A program made the position numbers and the translations under genes. From Carcharhinus longimanus (Eukaryota), in assembly GCA_030264375.1 (NCBI GenBank), contig JASCQW010000162.1:40638090-40702089 (forward strand): a DNA stretch of 64,000 nt, written 5' to 3'. Shown piece by piece: positions 61,761 to 64,000 of the stretch (within the stretch, counting starts at the first letter, position 1; each line of letters starts with the position of its first letter). The notes beneath the pieces were generated by a model. It saw nothing but the letters and a program-made list of their open reading frames with translations, was not told the origin of the DNA and did not search any database.

Positions 61761-63269
61761 AAGCCAGCCCCTTTTGTACACTCTTTTTGCATGGCATTAC
61801 TCTTCACAAAACCCAAACCCTCACCAGCCATATCTCTCCAAGACTGAAATATGGCGGGAATGCATAGAGGAAGGTTCAGGTTTCAGAAGCCAGAAACAGA
61901 CATAACTCATATTTTCCTAGACTAAGTGAAACATTGGGCCAGGGAGTCAAAACCAAGCATAGTATTCAAGTTAACCAGATTTGAGTGTAGAGAAGTAAAG
62001 GAATCAAGATTGCAGAGGACTCCAGAAGCACAGAAGGGGCTACTGGATGAGACAAGGTGAATAAAAGGTGGCAGAAGCATCTTAGATTTGAGGGGATGGG
62101 GGTGAGAGGGTGAGGAGCTCAGTGAAAAGATTTTCAGCACCAAGGAAAGAGAAGGGAGCCAGCAAACATTGTACGGATGTGCGAGGAGGCATTAAAATAA
62201 CCTGTGATCAGTAATCTATTGCTGCTGCCAATTACAGCAGAAACAATATTCAATCCAAAGCAATGAGATTTCTTAGTTGGGAAAACTAAAACAACATACC
62301 ACTCCCCACAGTTAGGCTGATGCTCCATGATCCACAGATCATCTAAATAGGGCACCTGGTTGCCAATTCACACAGGAACAAGTCACCCACTTCCTTTGGT
62401 TTACTGTAGGTTCCACCATCCATGCTTGGCAAATGGGCCAATGCTTCCATAGCTTCACAGCCAAGTAACCAAGGTCTCTGAGTTGCAGGAGTTCACAAGT
62501 AGAACAGGTAAAAATAGGCTATGATTCACAAAAAGACATGCAACCAGAAGGGCTGGTAAACCTGAATTCCAAATAACACGATAACAAAGGAATAGATGCA
62601 GAGCCATCAAGTGGTAAAAGAGAGCAACTGCATGCAGAATTAGACGTAACTGAATACTGCAGGACAACACTGTACATCACTCAGTTCTACTAGCTAACAT
62701 GCAATGTGACATCACAGCATCTAGAGAGTAACTCCAATTAAGTATTGTGACTCTGAATGGTACATTGCATTGCTAACCTGGAACCACTACATTGGAAGTA
62801 AGACTAAACATTAAATCATCATGCACAGAAATCTAGTGGAAATAAAATAATTAAAATGACCTTATATTCCACAGGAAGATGATATCTAACAGAATAATCT
62901 GATTGGCAAGGATTGGTATATTTAACTTTAGTATAATATATATCATTTGGATAAATTGGCTATTTCCATCTATTTTCAAGTGAATTTATCACATTCATTA
63001 TCTAGCATTTCAAATTATAAAGTAGCCTCAACACCTGACATATCTCAAGCTACAACACTGTACTGAACATTTTAAAATATTACCTTTAAATTTATTATTT
63101 CATCCCTATGTTGAGAGGTTTCTACAATGCAGCTATTTCACCAACAACCCCTGATTGGAATAAAGTCAGAGTCCTACTGTGCATGCTGTATGTTAATGCA
63201 TGAAGTACAGCATGACAGATGCCAGGCATTTTAGCATTAGTTGGCCAAAAATGTATTCAGCTCCCATAC

Positions 63270-63446
63270 CTGGACTATGAGGTTGCCATCTGTCCCCTTC
63301 TCGACGAGGACCTGCTAAACGCCAACCTCCATCATCGTCCTCACCATTCTGCTCATCTCTGCAGACCCGCCAGTTTTCACTCTCTGAACGGGTGAATTCA
63401 TGCTTTCTTGTTGATGATGATCCCAATTCTTCAAAAGTCGGTCTCC
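63270..63446 (-). CDS. GIGYF2: GIGYF2 coding exon A (first in window; 177 nt, phase 1 to 1)
   Basis: tatttag|GG AGA CCG ... AGT CCA G|gtatgg. Encodes GRPTFEELGSSSTRKHEFTRSESENWRVCRDEQNGEDDDGGWRLAGPRREGDRWQPHSP, matching the vertebrate GIGYF2 segment RKHEFIRSESENWRIFREEQNGEDEDGGWRLAG. Confidence 0.95.
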
Positions 63447-64000
63447 CTAAATACAAAAAGCAAAGTTCTAAGATATGCTATTCAAACTGATAGAAACCGG
63501 CCAACAATGTGCAAGACTATAGCTCTCCACATAATTAATTTAGAACACCCAAACCAAATTGGGATTTAAGTGGTTAATACAAATCAATGATTAATAGGTG
63601 ACCTGATAACAAATACTGTTCACCAATTACAATACTTTGTTACCTGTAATGTCCACTAGACAAGATTAAGTGCCCACAGCCTCTCAGTCTGGCTCAGCAG
63701 GTAGCTGAAGAAATGACAGTCAGCTTTCTGTTGAACATCTGAAAGACGTGCTGCTTAGGTACAATGACCCAAACAGGTGCCGGACTAGGGGAATTTCACA
63801 ATAACTTCATTGCAGTGTTAATATAAGCCTTACTTTTGACTAATAAATAAACTTTACTTTTTTACTTCAACTCACTCCCAGATTTATTATTAAATGGAGT
63901 TTGATTGTCATAACAATATTTTAAAGTTATTGATGTGCATGCACCCCAAGGTCAGGAATGGAGACCAGATCAAAAGATCTTCTGGTTTAGTATCCACAAA

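Overview
Vertebrate genomic DNA, most likely a shark (the SINE, LINE and Penelope repeats resemble cartilaginous-fish families; this is inference). The whole window lies inside one large minus-strand gene, GIGYF2 (GRB10-interacting GYF protein 2). I reconstructed 16 consecutive coding exons between 63446 and 2438. They total 2516 nt (about 839 codons) and splice into one open frame with compatible phases. They encode the DDX6/Me31B-binding motif, the GYF domain and the long E/R/Q-rich coiled-coil region; the N- and C-termini lie outside the window. The introns are dense with decayed CR1, L2-like and Rex1 LINEs, tRNA-derived SINEs (HE1-like and Deu-domain SacSINE1-like), Penelope-like terminal repeats carrying hammerhead-ribozyme relics, a degenerate Gypsy LTR element and probable Harbinger remnants. 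There are seven assembly gaps. I cannot demonstrate a new biological system here. The best leads are a 59-bp intronic hairpin whose transition mismatches are all G-U on the pre-mRNA strand, several candidate unannotated or poison exons, a GC donor, an apparently lost acceptor, and a GYF domain that looks GIGYF1-like inside an otherwise GIGYF2-like gene. Human comparisons are from memory, and repeat boundaries are approximate.
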